Notes: a model not told the origin generated them from the letters alone. Shown: positions 1 to 11,002, numbered from the stretch's first letter. The stretch is DNA of 64,000 bases from Kofleriaceae bacterium (GCA_965215005.1 CBDCCZ010000003.1:1-64000), one strand, 5' to 3'. Translations and numbers: made by a program.

Positions 1-82
1 TCTATCGGCGATCCGCTGATTGACGGTTCGCGCCCGCAGCACCTAAGATCGACGCAACATCTCGTCATAGGGGAAGAAACGG

Positions 83-1009
83 GTGAGTGACTGGGAAGAC
101 ATGACCAGCGTGACCATGGCCGAGGACATCCTCGCCCCAGAACCGGCCGAGCGCGATCGCGCTTATCTGGTCGTGTTGGCCGGTGCCAACGTCGGTGAGA
201 TGTTCAAGCTCAACCAGGCCCAGGTCGTGCTCGGTCGTGGCAAGAGCGCCGACATTCGCGTCATCGACGATGGCGTTTCGCGGGAGCATGCGCGGATTCG
301 GGCCGAAGGTGCCCACGTCTACGTCGAGGATCTTGGCAGCCGCAACGGGACGTTCTGCAATGGCAATCGCATCGATCGACAGCCGCTGGAAGATGGCGAC
401 AAAATCCAAGTCGGCCGCACCACCATCCTGAAGTTCACGTATCACGATCGGTTTGACGAGTCGTTTCAGAAGCAGATGTATGACTCAGCGCTGCGCGATC
501 CGCTCACGCGTGCCTTCAACAAGCGCTACTTCAGCGACAGGCTGCTCAGCGAATTCAACTTTTCGAAGCGCCATGAGCAGCCGCTGTCGCTGCTGCTTCT
601 CGATCTCGATCACTTCAAGGCCATCAACGACACGCACGGCCATCTCGCCGGCGATCAAGTGCTGGTGTCATTTGCCAACGCGGTGCAGAAATCGGTGCGC
701 ACCGAGGATGTCTTTGCCCGCTACGGCGGCGAAGAGTTCGCCATCATCTCGCGATCGATCGATCGCGAAGGCGCGCGGCGCTTCGGTGAGCGCCTTCGCC
801 ACGTGGTCGAGAAACTCGAGATCCTACAGGGCGGCAAGCTCATTCCCGTCACCGTGAGCATTGGTGCTGCGACCATGCCCGACAACATCGTCGAAAATCC
901 CGTGGAGCTCATTAGCCTCGCCGACCGTGCGCTGTATTGGGCCAAAGAACGCGGTCGCAATCGCGTCGAGTCATTCACCGACGAGGCAGACGCAACTGGG
1001 CCTGCTTGA
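83..1009 (+). CDS. FHA-domain diguanylate cyclase (FHA-GGDEF)
   Basis: FHA motifs (LGR, VSREHA, DLGSRNGT) followed by DPLT..NKR, DLDHFKAINDTHGHLAGD and RYGGEEF; RxxD I-site (RTED) present. Confidence 0.95.
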   Translation: MSDWEDMTSVTMAEDILAPEPAERDRAYLVVLAGANVGEMFKLNQAQVVLGRGKSADIRVIDDGVSREHARIRAEGAHVYVEDLGSRNGTFCNGNRIDRQPLEDGDKIQVGRTTILKFTYHDRFDESFQKQMYDSALRDPLTRAFNKRYFSDRLLSEFNFSKRHEQPLSLLLLDLDHFKAINDTHGHLAGDQVLVSFANAVQKSVRTEDVFARYGGEEFAIISRSIDREGARRFGERLRHVVEKLEILQGGKLIPVTVSIGAATMPDNIVENPVELISLADRALYWAKERGRNRVESFTDEADATGPA

Positions 1010-1087
1010 GCGCCTCCTGCGCCGCTATTCGGGCGTCTCCGTGTTCTGGGGTTTGCCGCCTGCGACGGCCGTTGATAGCTTCTCGCC

Positions 1088-3577
1088 ATGCGTCTGTCGC
1101 GCTTCGCTGTAGTCTTCGCGCGTCCGCTCATTGCGGCACTGCTTGTGGCAACCCTCCTCGGCGGATGCTCGAGCGATACCGTGAGTCGCAAGCGAACCAC
1201 GCTGGGAAGCTCCGACGCGGGCGAAGGGGAGCATGACGAGCGGGCGCAGGCGGCTATGGCCCGCGGCGTTGCTCAGGCCACCGCGCCCGCGGGGGCCGTC
1301 GCGCTGACCGAAGCCATGGCCGAGCCCTATTTTGCCAGCGGCCCAGCCGCCGAGGCGCACGCGCAGTTTCGCCTCGAACGCTGGAGCGCCGCCCGCGATG
1401 GCTTCAGCTCCTACCTTACTGCCGCGGGAAGCCAGCTTTCCGGCGACCAGCGCGCCCGGATCGAGCTCCTCATCGGCCTTTGCGACGCCGCGCTCGGCAA
1501 CTGGCAAGCAGCCGCCAAAGGCTTGGCCCACGCTGCCGAAGAGCTGCCGCTCATCGCCGACTACATTCACTTCCAGGCCGCGCGCGCGTACTTCTTCGCC
1601 GGCCAAACCGATTTGGCGATGACGCACGCACAGAAGGTTAGCGCTGATTCAATCAGCGGTGCCGATGCGGAGCTGCTCATCGGCGACCTCTTGCGCGGGC
1701 GTGGTGACGCGGCAGCGGTTGCGGCGCACTACCGCACCTATCTCGAGGCGCGGCCGCGCGGTATTCGCCGCGGCGAGGCGCGGTTTCGCCTCGCGCAAGC
1801 CCTCGAAGAGCTCGGCCAACTGCGCGAGGCCGCCGACAGCTACCGCCTCCTGCCCATCGCTGCGCCGCTGTCGAGCTGGGCGCAAGAAGCGGCAGCTCGC
1901 ATCGATGCGCTGCTGCCCAAGCTCGACGCGCAGGCCCGCAGCGCGCTCACCACACTCACCGCTGCCGAACGCCTCGAGCGCGCCATGTCCTTTTACGAAA
2001 ACCAGCGCAACTCCACGTCGGAGGCCGAGTTTGCCAAAGCCTTGGCGGCCCCTGGTCTCACCGCCGAGCAGCGCTGCGTTGCCAGCTATCACCGCGCCAA
2101 CAGCGTCTATAAGGATCGCGACCGGCGCACCGCCGCGCCGCTGTTCGATGCGGCCATCGCAGCGTGTAAGGCGGTCGGCAACCGCGACTTGCACGTCAAA
2201 GCCGCGTATCAAGCCGGACGCTCTTATAGCTACTTTGGCGAGCGCGACAAAGCCATTGCTCGTTACGCCGAAGCCGAGACCATCGATGCCAGCCACACGT
2301 TCAACGACGATGCCCGACTGCGCCAAGCCGAGGAATACGAGGCACTCGGCGATGCTGCCAAGGTAACCGAGCTGCTCGCGAGCATCCCCGCTAGCTATCC
2401 CGAGGGCGATATGCGCGCCGAAGCCATGTGGCGACTCGGGTGGCGCGCGTACTTGGCCAAAGACTATGGCGAAGCAATTCGCTGGTTCCGCCGCCAGATC
2501 GAGGTGGTCCCCATCGATGACAACTGGTGGTCCGAAGGACAACCGCAGTACTGGATGGGCCGCGCCCTCGCGCAGCAAGGCAAGCCAGCGGCGGCCAAAG
2601 AGGCCTACGAGGCTGCGGTTCGGCTATATCCGCTGTCGTATTACGCACTGCTCGCGCTCAACCGCCTGCGTGAATCGCACGCTGCCGCGTTCAAAACGTT
2701 GATGCTCGAGCTCGCCGCGGCGCCGGCGGAGTATGACCCCAGCGCCCCGAGCTTCGTCTTTCAGCCGCGCACGCTGTACGCCGAGCCAGGCTTTGCGCGG
2801 GCGCTCGAGTTCATGCGCCTCGGCCTGCAATGGCCGGCGCAGACCGAGCTGATGCGGCTCGGTTTATCGGCGCCGTCTGACCGCTCGCCCGTGACCGATC
2901 CCGATCAGGCCGAGAAGCTCTGGGCGATGGCGTTTCTGTACAACCGCGCCGGCGACTACTCCACCTCGCACTGGCCGACCCGCTGGCACATCCTCGACTA
3001 TCGTCGCCACTGGCCGGTGGGCGCGATGCGCGCGCGTTGGGAAATCGCCTATCCGCCCGCCTTCCGCGAGCTCTTGACCGAGCACGCCGAGAAGAATGAC
3101 TTCCCGCCCGAGCTGCTCATGGCCATCGTGCGCGAGGAGAGCGCCTTCGACCCGATTCTCGAGTCCTATGCCAACGCCATTGGCCTCACCCAGATGATCT
3201 TCCCGACCGCGCGCCGGTTCGCGGACGGAACCGGCATCGCCGTGAGTCGCGAGACCCTGCGCGACCCGATCAAGAACGTCACGATTGGCGCCCGCTTCCT
3301 CGGCTTCCTCTGGCAGCTGTGGAAGCCGATGTACGCGCTCATTCCGCCGAGCTACAACGCTGGCGAAGGCGCCACTAAGCGCTGGCTGCGCGCTCGCGGC
3401 GATTACGCCACCGACGAGTGGATTGAAGCCATCGGCGTCGATCAGCCGCGGCTCTACTCCAAGCGCGTGCTCGGCACCTTCTTTACCTATTGGTACCTGC
3501 GTCGCGGCACCGTGCCCGAGATGCCAAACGAGATTCCGCCCGAGCTGCTACGCAAAGCCGGGGCCTCGGCGGGTTGA
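1088..3577 (+). CDS. Soluble lytic transglycosylase (Slt70-like) lipoprotein with TPR-like superhelix
   Basis: Lipobox LGGC; C-terminal SLT motifs IVREESAF, AIGLTQM, SYNAG; long helical repeat region. Confidence 0.9.
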   Translation: MRLSRFAVVFARPLIAALLVATLLGGCSSDTVSRKRTTLGSSDAGEGEHDERAQAAMARGVAQATAPAGAVALTEAMAEPYFASGPAAEAHAQFRLERWSAARDGFSSYLTAAGSQLSGDQRARIELLIGLCDAALGNWQAAAKGLAHAAEELPLIADYIHFQAARAYFFAGQTDLAMTHAQKVSADSISGADAELLIGDLLRGRGDAAAVAAHYRTYLEARPRGIRRGEARFRLAQALEELGQLREAADSYRLLPIAAPLSSWAQEAAARIDALLPKLDAQARSALTTLTAAERLERAMSFYENQRNSTSEAEFAKALAAPGLTAEQRCVASYHRANSVYKDRDRRTAAPLFDAAIAACKAVGNRDLHVKAAYQAGRSYSYFGERDKAIARYAEAETIDASHTFNDDARLRQAEEYEALGDAAKVTELLASIPASYPEGDMRAEAMWRLGWRAYLAKDYGEAIRWFRRQIEVVPIDDNWWSEGQPQYWMGRALAQQGKPAAAKEAYEAAVRLYPLSYYALLALNRLRESHAAAFKTLMLELAAAPAEYDPSAPSFVFQPRTLYAEPGFARALEFMRLGLQWPAQTELMRLGLSAPSDRSPVTDPDQAEKLWAMAFLYNRAGDYSTSHWPTRWHILDYRRHWPVGAMRARWEIAYPPAFRELLTEHAEKNDFPPELLMAIVREESAFDPILESYANAIGLTQMIFPTARRFADGTGIAVSRETLRDPIKNVTIGARFLGFLWQLWKPMYALIPPSYNAGEGATKRWLRARGDYATDEWIEAIGVDQPRLYSKRVLGTFFTYWYLRRGTVPEMPNEIPPELLRKAGASAG

Positions 3578-3611
3578 CCGCAGCGATGCGACGCGCGCAC
3601 CCTTCCGCCTT

Positions 3612-4082
3612 GTGAAGGTCTATTTGATTCGCCACGCCAGCGCCGTGGCCGACGCCGAGGTCGGCAGCGACGAAGCGCGCTATCTATCCGCCAGCGGTCG
3701 CCAAGACTGCCGCATCGTCGGTCGCATGCTGCGCGATGAGAATGTCGTCTTCGATGCCATGCTCACCAGCCCGCTCGTTCGCGCGGTGCAGACCGCCGAG
3801 CTCCTCGCCGACGCCACCGATTACCTCGGCGTCATCGAAGCCCATCCAGGGCTGCGTCCTGGCGCGGTCCCGCGGGTCGTTGCCCACGAGCTTCCAACGC
3901 GCGGCGTCGCCGTGGCCGTGATTGGCCACGAGCCGACGATCTCGCTCCTCGGCGCCTTCCTCGTCGCCCAGCCGGGCTTCGTCCCGTTCCGCAAGTGTCA
4001 GGTCTGCGCCATCGAAAACGGCAAGCCGCTGTGGACGCTGCGCGCCGATGTCTGCCAATTCCAAGACCTGGTCATTCCCTGA
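3612..4082 (+). CDS. sixA: Phosphohistidine phosphatase, SixA family
   Basis: GTG start at 3612 gives VKVYLIRHA; SPLVRAVQTA and GHEP motifs. Confidence 0.85.
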   Translation: MKVYLIRHASAVADAEVGSDEARYLSASGRQDCRIVGRMLRDENVVFDAMLTSPLVRAVQTAELLADATDYLGVIEAHPGLRPGAVPRVVAHELPTRGVAVAVIGHEPTISLLGAFLVAQPGFVPFRKCQVCAIENGKPLWTLRADVCQFQDLVIP

Positions 4083-4096
4083 GCGCACCGCCTCGG

Positions 4097-5197
4097 CTAC
4101 TTTTTCAGCCGCCCAAAGAAGCTCTTCTTTTCCTCACCGTGCTCCTCGCCACCTTCTTCGGCGAGCTCGCGCAACAGCTCGCGCTCGCGCTTGGAGAGCT
4201 TGGTGGGAATGGTGACCTTGAGCTGCACCGCGTGGTCTCCACGCCCTCGGCGATTGACCCGCGGCACGCCCTCTCCGCGGCGCATGATGACATCGCCTGG
4301 CTGGGCGCCAGGTTTGACCTCGATGACCGTAGAAGCAGTGCAGCCATCTTCTAGCGTTGGCACCTCGACCTCGGCGCCAAGCGCCGCTTGCACGTAGGAA
4401 ATCGGCACTTCGGTGAGGATGTTGTCGCCTTCGCGCACGAACCGCTCATCGGGCTCGACGTGCAAGACCACGTACAGATGGCCGGGGGGGCCGCCGTTCG
4501 GGGAGGCCTCGCCCTTTTCCGCCAGCCGCAACGTCTGCGCGTGATCGACCCCCGGCGGAATGTTGACGGTGAGCGTGCTGCTCTTCTCGACCGCACCGTT
4601 GCCCCGACACGTCGGGCACGGCTCACTCACGATGCTGCCCTGGCCGCGGCACGACGGGCACGTGCTCTGAATCATGAAGAAGCCCTGCGCGTGCACCACT
4701 TGGCCCTTGCCGCCGCACGTGCTGCACGGCTGCGGCCGCGTGCCCGGCTTGGCGCCGGAGCCCTCGCACGGCTCGCACGGCTCCATCCGGGCGACGTTGA
4801 CCTCTTTGGTCACTCCCCATACCGCCTCGGCGAAGCTGAGCTGGACATCGACCCGCAAGTCGGCACCACGCGCCGCCCGCCGCCGCCCCCCCGCGCTGCC
4901 GAAGAAATCGCCAAAGATGTCTCCGAACGCCGAGAAGATGTCTTCCATTCCGGAGAAGCCGGCGCCGCCAGGAGTACCGCGCAGGCCTTCGAAGCCGAAG
5001 CGGTCATAGCGGGCCCGCTGCTCGGAATCAGCAAGCACCTTGTAGGCGTTGGAGGCTTCTTTGAACTTCTCCTCCGCCTCGGGATCATTGGGGTTCTGGT
5101 CGGGGTGATACTGCATGGCGAGGCGGCGATACGCGCGTTTGATATCCGCGCCGCTGGCCTCTCTCGCTACACCCAAAACTTCATAGAGATCACGCAT
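4097..5197 (-). CDS. dnaJ: Molecular chaperone DnaJ
   Basis: J domain with HPD, G/F-rich region, four CxxCxGxG motifs, C-terminal domain. Confidence 0.97.
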   Translation of the reverse strand: MRDLYEVLGVAREASGADIKRAYRRLAMQYHPDQNPNDPEAEEKFKEASNAYKVLADSEQRARYDRFGFEGLRGTPGGAGFSGMEDIFSAFGDIFGDFFGSAGGRRRAARGADLRVDVQLSFAEAVWGVTKEVNVARMEPCEPCEGSGAKPGTRPQPCSTCGGKGQVVHAQGFFMIQSTCPSCRGQGSIVSEPCPTCRGNGAVEKSSTLTVNIPPGVDHAQTLRLAEKGEASPNGGPPGHLYVVLHVEPDERFVREGDNILTEVPISYVQAALGAEVEVPTLEDGCTASTVIEVKPGAQPGDVIMRRGEGVPRVNRRGRGDHAVQLKVTIPTKLSKRERELLRELAEEGGEEHGEEKKSFFGRLKK

Positions 5198-5258
5198 TTG
5201 TAGAATTCACCAGGGGCTCGAGCAGCGCCCTACGTAGATCCTGCAGACGCCGCTGTCA

Positions 5259-8234
5259 ATGTATCTTCGGGCAATGAGCCGATTCCGCGACGCGGCGTGC
5301 GCCGGCGCCCCCGACCCCGCCGACGCCGAGCGCCTGCTCGAACGGGTGCTCCGCGCCGCCGACGACGCCGCGATCGCCACCCACGCGTGGTCGAGCGAGG
5401 CCATCGCGGTGCTCGCCCTCGCCTGTCAGCGCGCGCCGTACTTAGCTGTGCTCCTGGCCCGTGACCCGCACCGCCTAGAGCGCGTCGCGAGCGACCGCTA
5501 CCTGCGCCGCGAGAAGCCCAAGCACGCCCTCGAGCAGCAGCTCGCCGAGCGTTTGATCACATTAGCCGGCGACGATGACGAGGGTCTGGTGCGACGCCTG
5601 CGCCAGCTGCGCGGCGACGAGATGGTCCGCCTCGGGGTTCGCGAGCTGGGTCTCGGCAACCGTGTCGAGGTCGGCCGCGAGCTCGCCAACCTGGCCGAGG
5701 TTGCCTTCGACGCCGCCATCGGGTTCCACGACGCGCAGCTGCGCGCCCGCTTCGGACCGCCGCGGTGCACCGACGAGTCCGGCGAGCGCGACGCCGAGCT
5801 GGTGGTCATCGGCATGGGCAAGCTCGGCGGCCAGGAGCTCAACTTCGCCTCCGACGTCGATGTCATTTACGTCTACACCTCCGACAACGGCGCCGCCGGC
5901 ACCCTGACGCTTCACGAATATTTCTCCAAGCTCGGCACCCGCATCACCGCCGCGTTGGCCGACGTCACCGCGGATGATGTGGTGTTCCGCGTCGACTTGC
6001 GACTGCGCCCCGAAGGCTCGCGCGGCGCCATCGCCAACTCGCTCGCCCAGCTCGAGAGTTACTACGAGTCCTGGGGGCGGCCGTGGGAGCGGCAAGCATG
6101 GCTCAAGGCGCGGCCGTGCGCCGGCAGCAGCGCGCTTGGTCAAGAGGTGCTGGAGGTACTGCGGCCCTTCGTCTATCCGCGGATCACCTCGCCGGCGGTG
6201 GTCGATGATGTGATGGACCTAAATCGCCGAATCAAAGCGGAGCTCGACAGTGCCGGCGTCGAGTCCGGCTTGGATCTCAAGAATGGCGTCGGCGGCATTC
6301 GCGAGATTGAGTTCTTCGTGCAAGCCCTGCAGCTCATTCACGCCGGGCGGCAACCAGCGCTGCGCTCGCGCACCACCTTGGTGGCCCTCGATCAGCTGCT
6401 GTTTGCGGGGCTCATCACCGACGAAGAGCATCGCGAGCTGAGCGACGCGTACCGTTATCTGCGCCACGCCGAGCACGTGCTGCAGCTCGAGAGCGGCCGC
6501 CAAACCCAACGCTTGCCAACCACCGCCGAGGCGCTCACTCGCTTTGCTCGCCGCCTCGGCCATGCCGACGCTGCGGCGCTGCGCCAGGCGCTCGAGCACC
6601 ACACCGGCTGCGTCGCTCGGCTGTTCGCCACGCTCGGCGCCCCAGAAGCAGGACCGCCTCCCGCCATCTACGCACTGCTCGGCGGCGATCGCGGCGCCGA
6701 CCACGAGCGCGAGCTGCTCGCCGAGCTCGGCTTTCGCGATCCACAGGCGGCCCAGCGCGACCTCGAACGCGCTCGCCGCACCCCGTATTCGCCGTTTGGC
6801 GCCGGCGCCACCGGTGCGCCCGCTCGCGTCGCACCCGAGCTACTCGCCGAGCTCTGCACCTCGCCCGATCCCGATCAAGCGCTGCGTTTTACCAGCGAGC
6901 TCGTCAGTCGCCGCGGCGCGTGGTCCTCGATCTGGCGACTGCTCGATGGCAGCCCGCCGCTGGTGCGCCTGGTGGCGTCGCTATTTGGCACCTCGCAGTT
7001 TCTCGCCAAAGCCTTCGTAATTCACCCCGAGCTCATCGATAGCCTGGTGCAAGTAGGACGAGCCAGCGCCACGCGGCATGTTCAAGACCTAGAGGAGCAG
7101 CTCGAAATCCGGCTCCATGAGGTCGAGCGCGGCGATGTCGAAGAGCGCTGGAATCGGCTTGCGGAGTTCAAGCAGGCCGAGATTCTCCGCATCGGCCTAG
7201 GTGACGTTGCCGGTGAGCTGTCTGCCGAAGCGGTCTCGACTGAGCTTTCCAAGCTTGCAGAGGTGACGTTGCGACGCGCCTATCGCTTCGTTGAAGACGC
7301 CCTGCAAGAGCGTCACGGCACCCCGCGCGCGCCAAACGGACGAGAAGCGGTGATGGCGATCTTGGCGCTTGGAAAGCTTGGCGGCCGCGAGCTCGGCTAC
7401 GCCTCGGATCTCGATCTCGTGTTCGTTTACTCCGACGATGGCGAATCTGACGGCGCGCGAGCTCTGGACAACGTCAGCTACTTCACGCGCATTGCGCAGC
7501 GCCTGATGGGTGGCCTGCACACGATGCATCCGCACGGTCGGCTCTACGAAATCGACACGCGGCTGCGGCCTTCGGGCTCGCAGGGGCTCTTGGTTTCATC
7601 ATTGTCGGCGTGGCACAAGTATCACGCGGACCAAGCGCGAATGTGGGAGCGACAAGCGCTCACCAAGCTGCGTGCGGTGGCCGGCGATCCGATTCTTGGG
7701 GACGAGGTGGTGGGTGCCGCGCGCCAGTTCGTCTATGGCGCTCCGCCGGGCGTCGCTGGCCGCGTCGATCGCGCCACCATCGCCGCTGAAGTGAGCGGGA
7801 TGCGCGCTCGCATCGAGCGCGAGCTCGGCGGTGGCGACGACGTCAAGACCGGGCGAGGGGGCTTGGTCGACATTGAGTTCGCCAGCCAATTCTTGCAGCT
7901 GGTGTTTGGCCACGATCACCTCGAGCTGCAGACCACCTCGACCATCGAAGCCCTGCGCAGCGCGGCCGACGCCGGTGTCGCCGATCCGGCCGACTGCGCG
8001 CTGCTCGGCGATGGCTACCGGTTTCTTCGCGGCCTCGAGCACCGCATGCGCATCGTTGCCGACCGCTCGGTGCAGCGGCTGCCAGCCGCTGGCCCTGAGC
8101 TCGAGAAGCTCGCGCGCCGCGCGGGATACCCCACCGGGTCCGAGCTCGCCTCGACACTCGCTCGCTGGCGCGAGGAAATTCGCGCCGCGTTCTCCCGCGT
8201 GATGCGCGCTGGGGCCGACGCCGGCGCTTGCTAA
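5259..8234 (+). CDS. glnE: Glutamine synthetase adenylyltransferase/deadenylase (start may be 5274)
   Basis: Two nucleotidyltransferase halves: MGKLGGQELNFASDVD..VDLRLRPEG and LGKLGGRELGYASDLD..IDTRLRPSG; LKNGVGGIREIEF. Confidence 0.95.
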   Translation: MYLRAMSRFRDAACAGAPDPADAERLLERVLRAADDAAIATHAWSSEAIAVLALACQRAPYLAVLLARDPHRLERVASDRYLRREKPKHALEQQLAERLITLAGDDDEGLVRRLRQLRGDEMVRLGVRELGLGNRVEVGRELANLAEVAFDAAIGFHDAQLRARFGPPRCTDESGERDAELVVIGMGKLGGQELNFASDVDVIYVYTSDNGAAGTLTLHEYFSKLGTRITAALADVTADDVVFRVDLRLRPEGSRGAIANSLAQLESYYESWGRPWERQAWLKARPCAGSSALGQEVLEVLRPFVYPRITSPAVVDDVMDLNRRIKAELDSAGVESGLDLKNGVGGIREIEFFVQALQLIHAGRQPALRSRTTLVALDQLLFAGLITDEEHRELSDAYRYLRHAEHVLQLESGRQTQRLPTTAEALTRFARRLGHADAAALRQALEHHTGCVARLFATLGAPEAGPPPAIYALLGGDRGADHERELLAELGFRDPQAAQRDLERARRTPYSPFGAGATGAPARVAPELLAELCTSPDPDQALRFTSELVSRRGAWSSIWRLLDGSPPLVRLVASLFGTSQFLAKAFVIHPELIDSLVQVGRASATRHVQDLEEQLEIRLHEVERGDVEERWNRLAEFKQAEILRIGLGDVAGELSAEAVSTELSKLAEVTLRRAYRFVEDALQERHGTPRAPNGREAVMAILALGKLGGRELGYASDLDLVFVYSDDGESDGARALDNVSYFTRIAQRLMGGLHTMHPHGRLYEIDTRLRPSGSQGLLVSSLSAWHKYHADQARMWERQALTKLRAVAGDPILGDEVVGAARQFVYGAPPGVAGRVDRATIAAEVSGMRARIERELGGGDDVKTGRGGLVDIEFASQFLQLVFGHDHLELQTTSTIEALRSAADAGVADPADCALLGDGYRFLRGLEHRMRIVADRSVQRLPAAGPELEKLARRAGYPTGSELASTLARWREEIRAAFSRVMRAGADAGAC

Positions 8235-8265
8235 TGGCTCGCTGCGGCTGCTAGCTTGCGCCGCG

Positions 8266-9189
8266 ATGGGCATCAAGAAAGTCGAGACGATGTGGGTCGA
8301 CGGCGAGCTCGTCGCGTGGGAATCGGCGACCGAGCACATGCTCGCGCACACGCTCCACTACGGACTCGGTGCGTTTGAGGGCATTCGCGCGTATCAGCGC
8401 GAAGACGGCCGCACCGCCATCTTCCGGCTCAAAGAGCACATCGACCGCCTGTTCGAGAGCGCGCACATTTGCACCATCGAGGTGCCGTTCACGCGCCAGC
8501 AGGTGATGCAAGGTTGTCTCGAGGTGCTGCGAGCCAACGGCCTCGCCAACGCGTACCTGCGGCCGCTGATCTATCTCGGCTCGGGCGCCCTCGGCCTGGG
8601 CTCATTCGAGCCGCCGGTGCGCACGGCGATCGCGGCGTTCGAATGGGGCGCCTATCTCGGCGAAGAAGGCCTGGAGAAGGGCATTCGCTGCACCGTGAGT
8701 GGATTTCGCCGCGGCAACATCGACGCGACCATGAGCAAGGGCAAGATCTGCGGGCAATACACAACGTCGATTTTGGCCAAGCGCGCGGCACTCAAAGCGG
8801 GGTTTGACGAGGCGCTGTTGCTCGATAGCTACGGCCATGTCGCCGAAGGCACCGGCGAGAATATCTTCATCGTCAAAGGCGATACGTTGCGCACGCCGCC
8901 CACGCACGCGGCGATTTTAGCCGGCATCACCCGCAGCACGATCATCGCGCTGGCTCGCGAGCTCGGTTACGAAGTCCGCGAAGAGCCGTTCACGCGCGAT
9001 GAGATGTGGTGCGCCGACGAGGTCTTCCTCACCGGCACCGCCGCCGAGGTCACGCCCGTGCGCGAGATCGATCATCACCGCATTGGCAAAGGCGTGGCCG
9101 GCCGCGTCACCAAGCGCCTGCAGGCAACCTACTTCGACATCGTCCGCGGAAGCGACCACGATCACGAGTCGTGGCTTGCTTACGTTTGA
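8266..9189 (+). CDS. ilvE: Branched-chain amino acid aminotransferase
   Basis: LHYGLGAFEGIR, KICGQY (PLP lysine), EGTGENIF, ILAGITR, FLTGTAAEVTP. Confidence 0.96.
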   Translation: MGIKKVETMWVDGELVAWESATEHMLAHTLHYGLGAFEGIRAYQREDGRTAIFRLKEHIDRLFESAHICTIEVPFTRQQVMQGCLEVLRANGLANAYLRPLIYLGSGALGLGSFEPPVRTAIAAFEWGAYLGEEGLEKGIRCTVSGFRRGNIDATMSKGKICGQYTTSILAKRAALKAGFDEALLLDSYGHVAEGTGENIFIVKGDTLRTPPTHAAILAGITRSTIIALARELGYEVREEPFTRDEMWCADEVFLTGTAAEVTPVREIDHHRIGKGVAGRVTKRLQATYFDIVRGSDHDHESWLAYV

Positions 9190-9201
9190 TTGCGCGATTG
9201 T

Positions 9202-9885
9202 TTAGAACGCACCGGAGGCCAGCGGCAAGATCATCGCTGGCTCATCGGTTGCGAAGAGCTGATCGTAGCCGCGATACAGGGCGTAGCCGGTGGCGGCGAT
9301 GAGTCCGGCATGCAAGAGGCGCCACGGCAGACGCTGCCATTCCGACTTGCGTCCTTGCACGCTGTGAAAGCGATTGAGGTCGTTGGCAGGCTGCCAACGA
9401 TAGACATCCTTGGAGAAGTCGATCCAGGCGCCGGTGGCAAGCACTGCCAGCGCCAGTTGCCCATAGTGATTGCTCGGTAGCGAGTCGGTAGCCAGCAGTC
9501 CTGCGTAGCCGCTGAGCAGGGCTAGATCGACGAAGCGCGGCGCAAGATAGAAGATGGCGAGCTGATCGGCAGACAGCTCCCCGCGCAGCACGGTGCGACC
9601 AAAGAAGAACGCGCCACTGGCCGGGTCGCGATGCGGATACAGCTTGAACGCCACGACCTCGGCACCAAACGCCACACCCGCGGCGGCGTGCGCGCCTTCA
9701 TGCCAGAACACGCCCAACACATAGACGGGCACTGCCATCAGCCCGCCGGTCAATACCAGCCGCTGGGTCGAGGGTCGCGGGGAATCAGCGGCGGCCGGTC
9801 GTGGCGCGATGACCAGCAGCAACGCGATAAGCTGCGCTGCGATCCACCGCGCGAGGCGATGATCAGCTGCCGTCGCCGCCGTCAT
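9202..9885 (-). CDS. Membrane protein with HExxH, putative M50-like metallopeptidase
   Basis: GGAG RBS before ATG 9885; signal-like N-terminus; WHEGAH within a hydrophobic helix, followed by LAP and ND motifs. Confidence 0.6.
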   Translation of the reverse strand: MTAATAADHRLARWIAAQLIALLLVIAPRPAAADSPRPSTQRLVLTGGLMAVPVYVLGVFWHEGAHAAAGVAFGAEVVAFKLYPHRDPASGAFFFGRTVLRGELSADQLAIFYLAPRFVDLALLSGYAGLLATDSLPSNHYGQLALAVLATGAWIDFSKDVYRWQPANDLNRFHSVQGRKSEWQRLPWRLLHAGLIAATGYALYRGYDQLFATDEPAMILPLASGAF

Positions 9886-11002
9886 GTGGCAACTCCTGCG
9901 CTTCAGCGCTGCCGGTGGTCGCAGCAAGTGAGACTGTCACCGCATACTCGAGCTCGTCGGCAGAGAGCGCCACCGGCGTGCACGATACCGGCAACGCATC
10001 GAGCGTCTCGGGCGCCACACCGGCGCCGAGGCTCCCGGGGCCAAATCCCTCGGGAAACGCCACAGCACAGACCGTGAAGGCTCCGGGACGCAGGCCGGTA
10101 AACGTCACGGGCGCGCCGCCGAGCGCCGGCTGGAATGTGGCCAACTCACCTTCTGCACGAGTGCTCTCGAACTGCAGCTCGCGCCAGCTCGTCGGCGCGA
10201 TGTCGCCTTCGACCACGTTGATCATCGCGAACGGCAGCGCATCGACTCCTTGGAGCGCGACTGTGAGCTGGCTTGGGCCCGGCTCTGCCACTAGCTCCAC
10301 CTCGCTGGTCTGTCCCGGCTCGAGCGCGAGCCGCTTACCATACAGCGCGATCCCGGTGCCAAACGCGCCGGTCATCGCTTGCACCTTGTACTCGCCCGGC
10401 GCCAGCCGCTCGAAATCGAAGCTGCCGTCGGCGTCGGTGCGCGTTCCGTAGCTCACGCCAGGCGCCTCCAGCGATGTAATGCTCACCCACACCGACGGCA
10501 ACGGCGCAGCATCGCGCGTGACCCGGCCTTCGAGGCGCGCGTAGGGCTGAAGCACCAGCTCGAGCGTCGTCGCGCCGGTCGCCGCCGGCAACATCAATGG
10601 TGGCGAGCGACCTTGCTCGTCGTGCTCAGCAACCACCATCAAAGCGGTGCCGTCGAGCCCGCCAATCGTGAATTCGCCGTGAGAGTCGCTGATCGCGACC
10701 TTGGCGCCAATGGCACCGGCCGGCGCCGCGGTGGTCGCCCGGCTCGAGTCGCTATCGCCAAACAACTGCCGACCTGCATGCACCGTTGCACCCGCGACCG
10801 GAACACCGCTGTTGATGACGCGACCAGAGATGCGTCGCTCGCGCGGCAGAGACGCATCCGCTGGTGCGGCATCGGCAGGCGCCATCGCATCTGCAGGCTG
10901 CAGCGTCGCAGGAATAGGCGTATCGCCGGGCGACATGCGCCAAATCAGCGCCGCCAGAGCAAGCGCCGCCAGCGCGATCCCCAGCCCGATGCCCCGCTTC
11001 AT
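9863..11002 (-). CDS. Membrane-anchored protein with carboxypeptidase-regulatory-like (prealbumin-fold) repeats
   Basis: N-terminal TM; repeated GRV..G.P..GA.V / TDADGSFDFERLAPGEY units. Confidence 0.7.
   Translation of the reverse strand: MKRGIGLGIALAALALAALIWRMSPGDTPIPATLQPADAMAPADAAPADASLPRERRISGRVINSGVPVAGATVHAGRQLFGDSDSSRATTAAPAGAIGAKVAISDSHGEFTIGGLDGTALMVVAEHDEQGRSPPLMLPAATGATTLELVLQPYARLEGRVTRDAAPLPSVWVSITSLEAPGVSYGTRTDADGSFDFERLAPGEYKVQAMTGAFGTGIALYGKRLALEPGQTSEVELVAEPGPSQLTVALQGVDALPFAMINVVEGDIAPTSWRELQFESTRAEGELATFQPALGGAPVTFTGLRPGAFTVCAVAFPEGFGPGSLGAGVAPETLDALPVSCTPVALSADELEYAVTVSLAATTGSAEAQELPHDGGDGS

Noticed and set aside
5198..5273. CIRCE element upstream of dnaJ
   Set aside because: No TTAGCACTC-N9-GAGTGCTAA; only a minus-strand TTGACA with a weak -10
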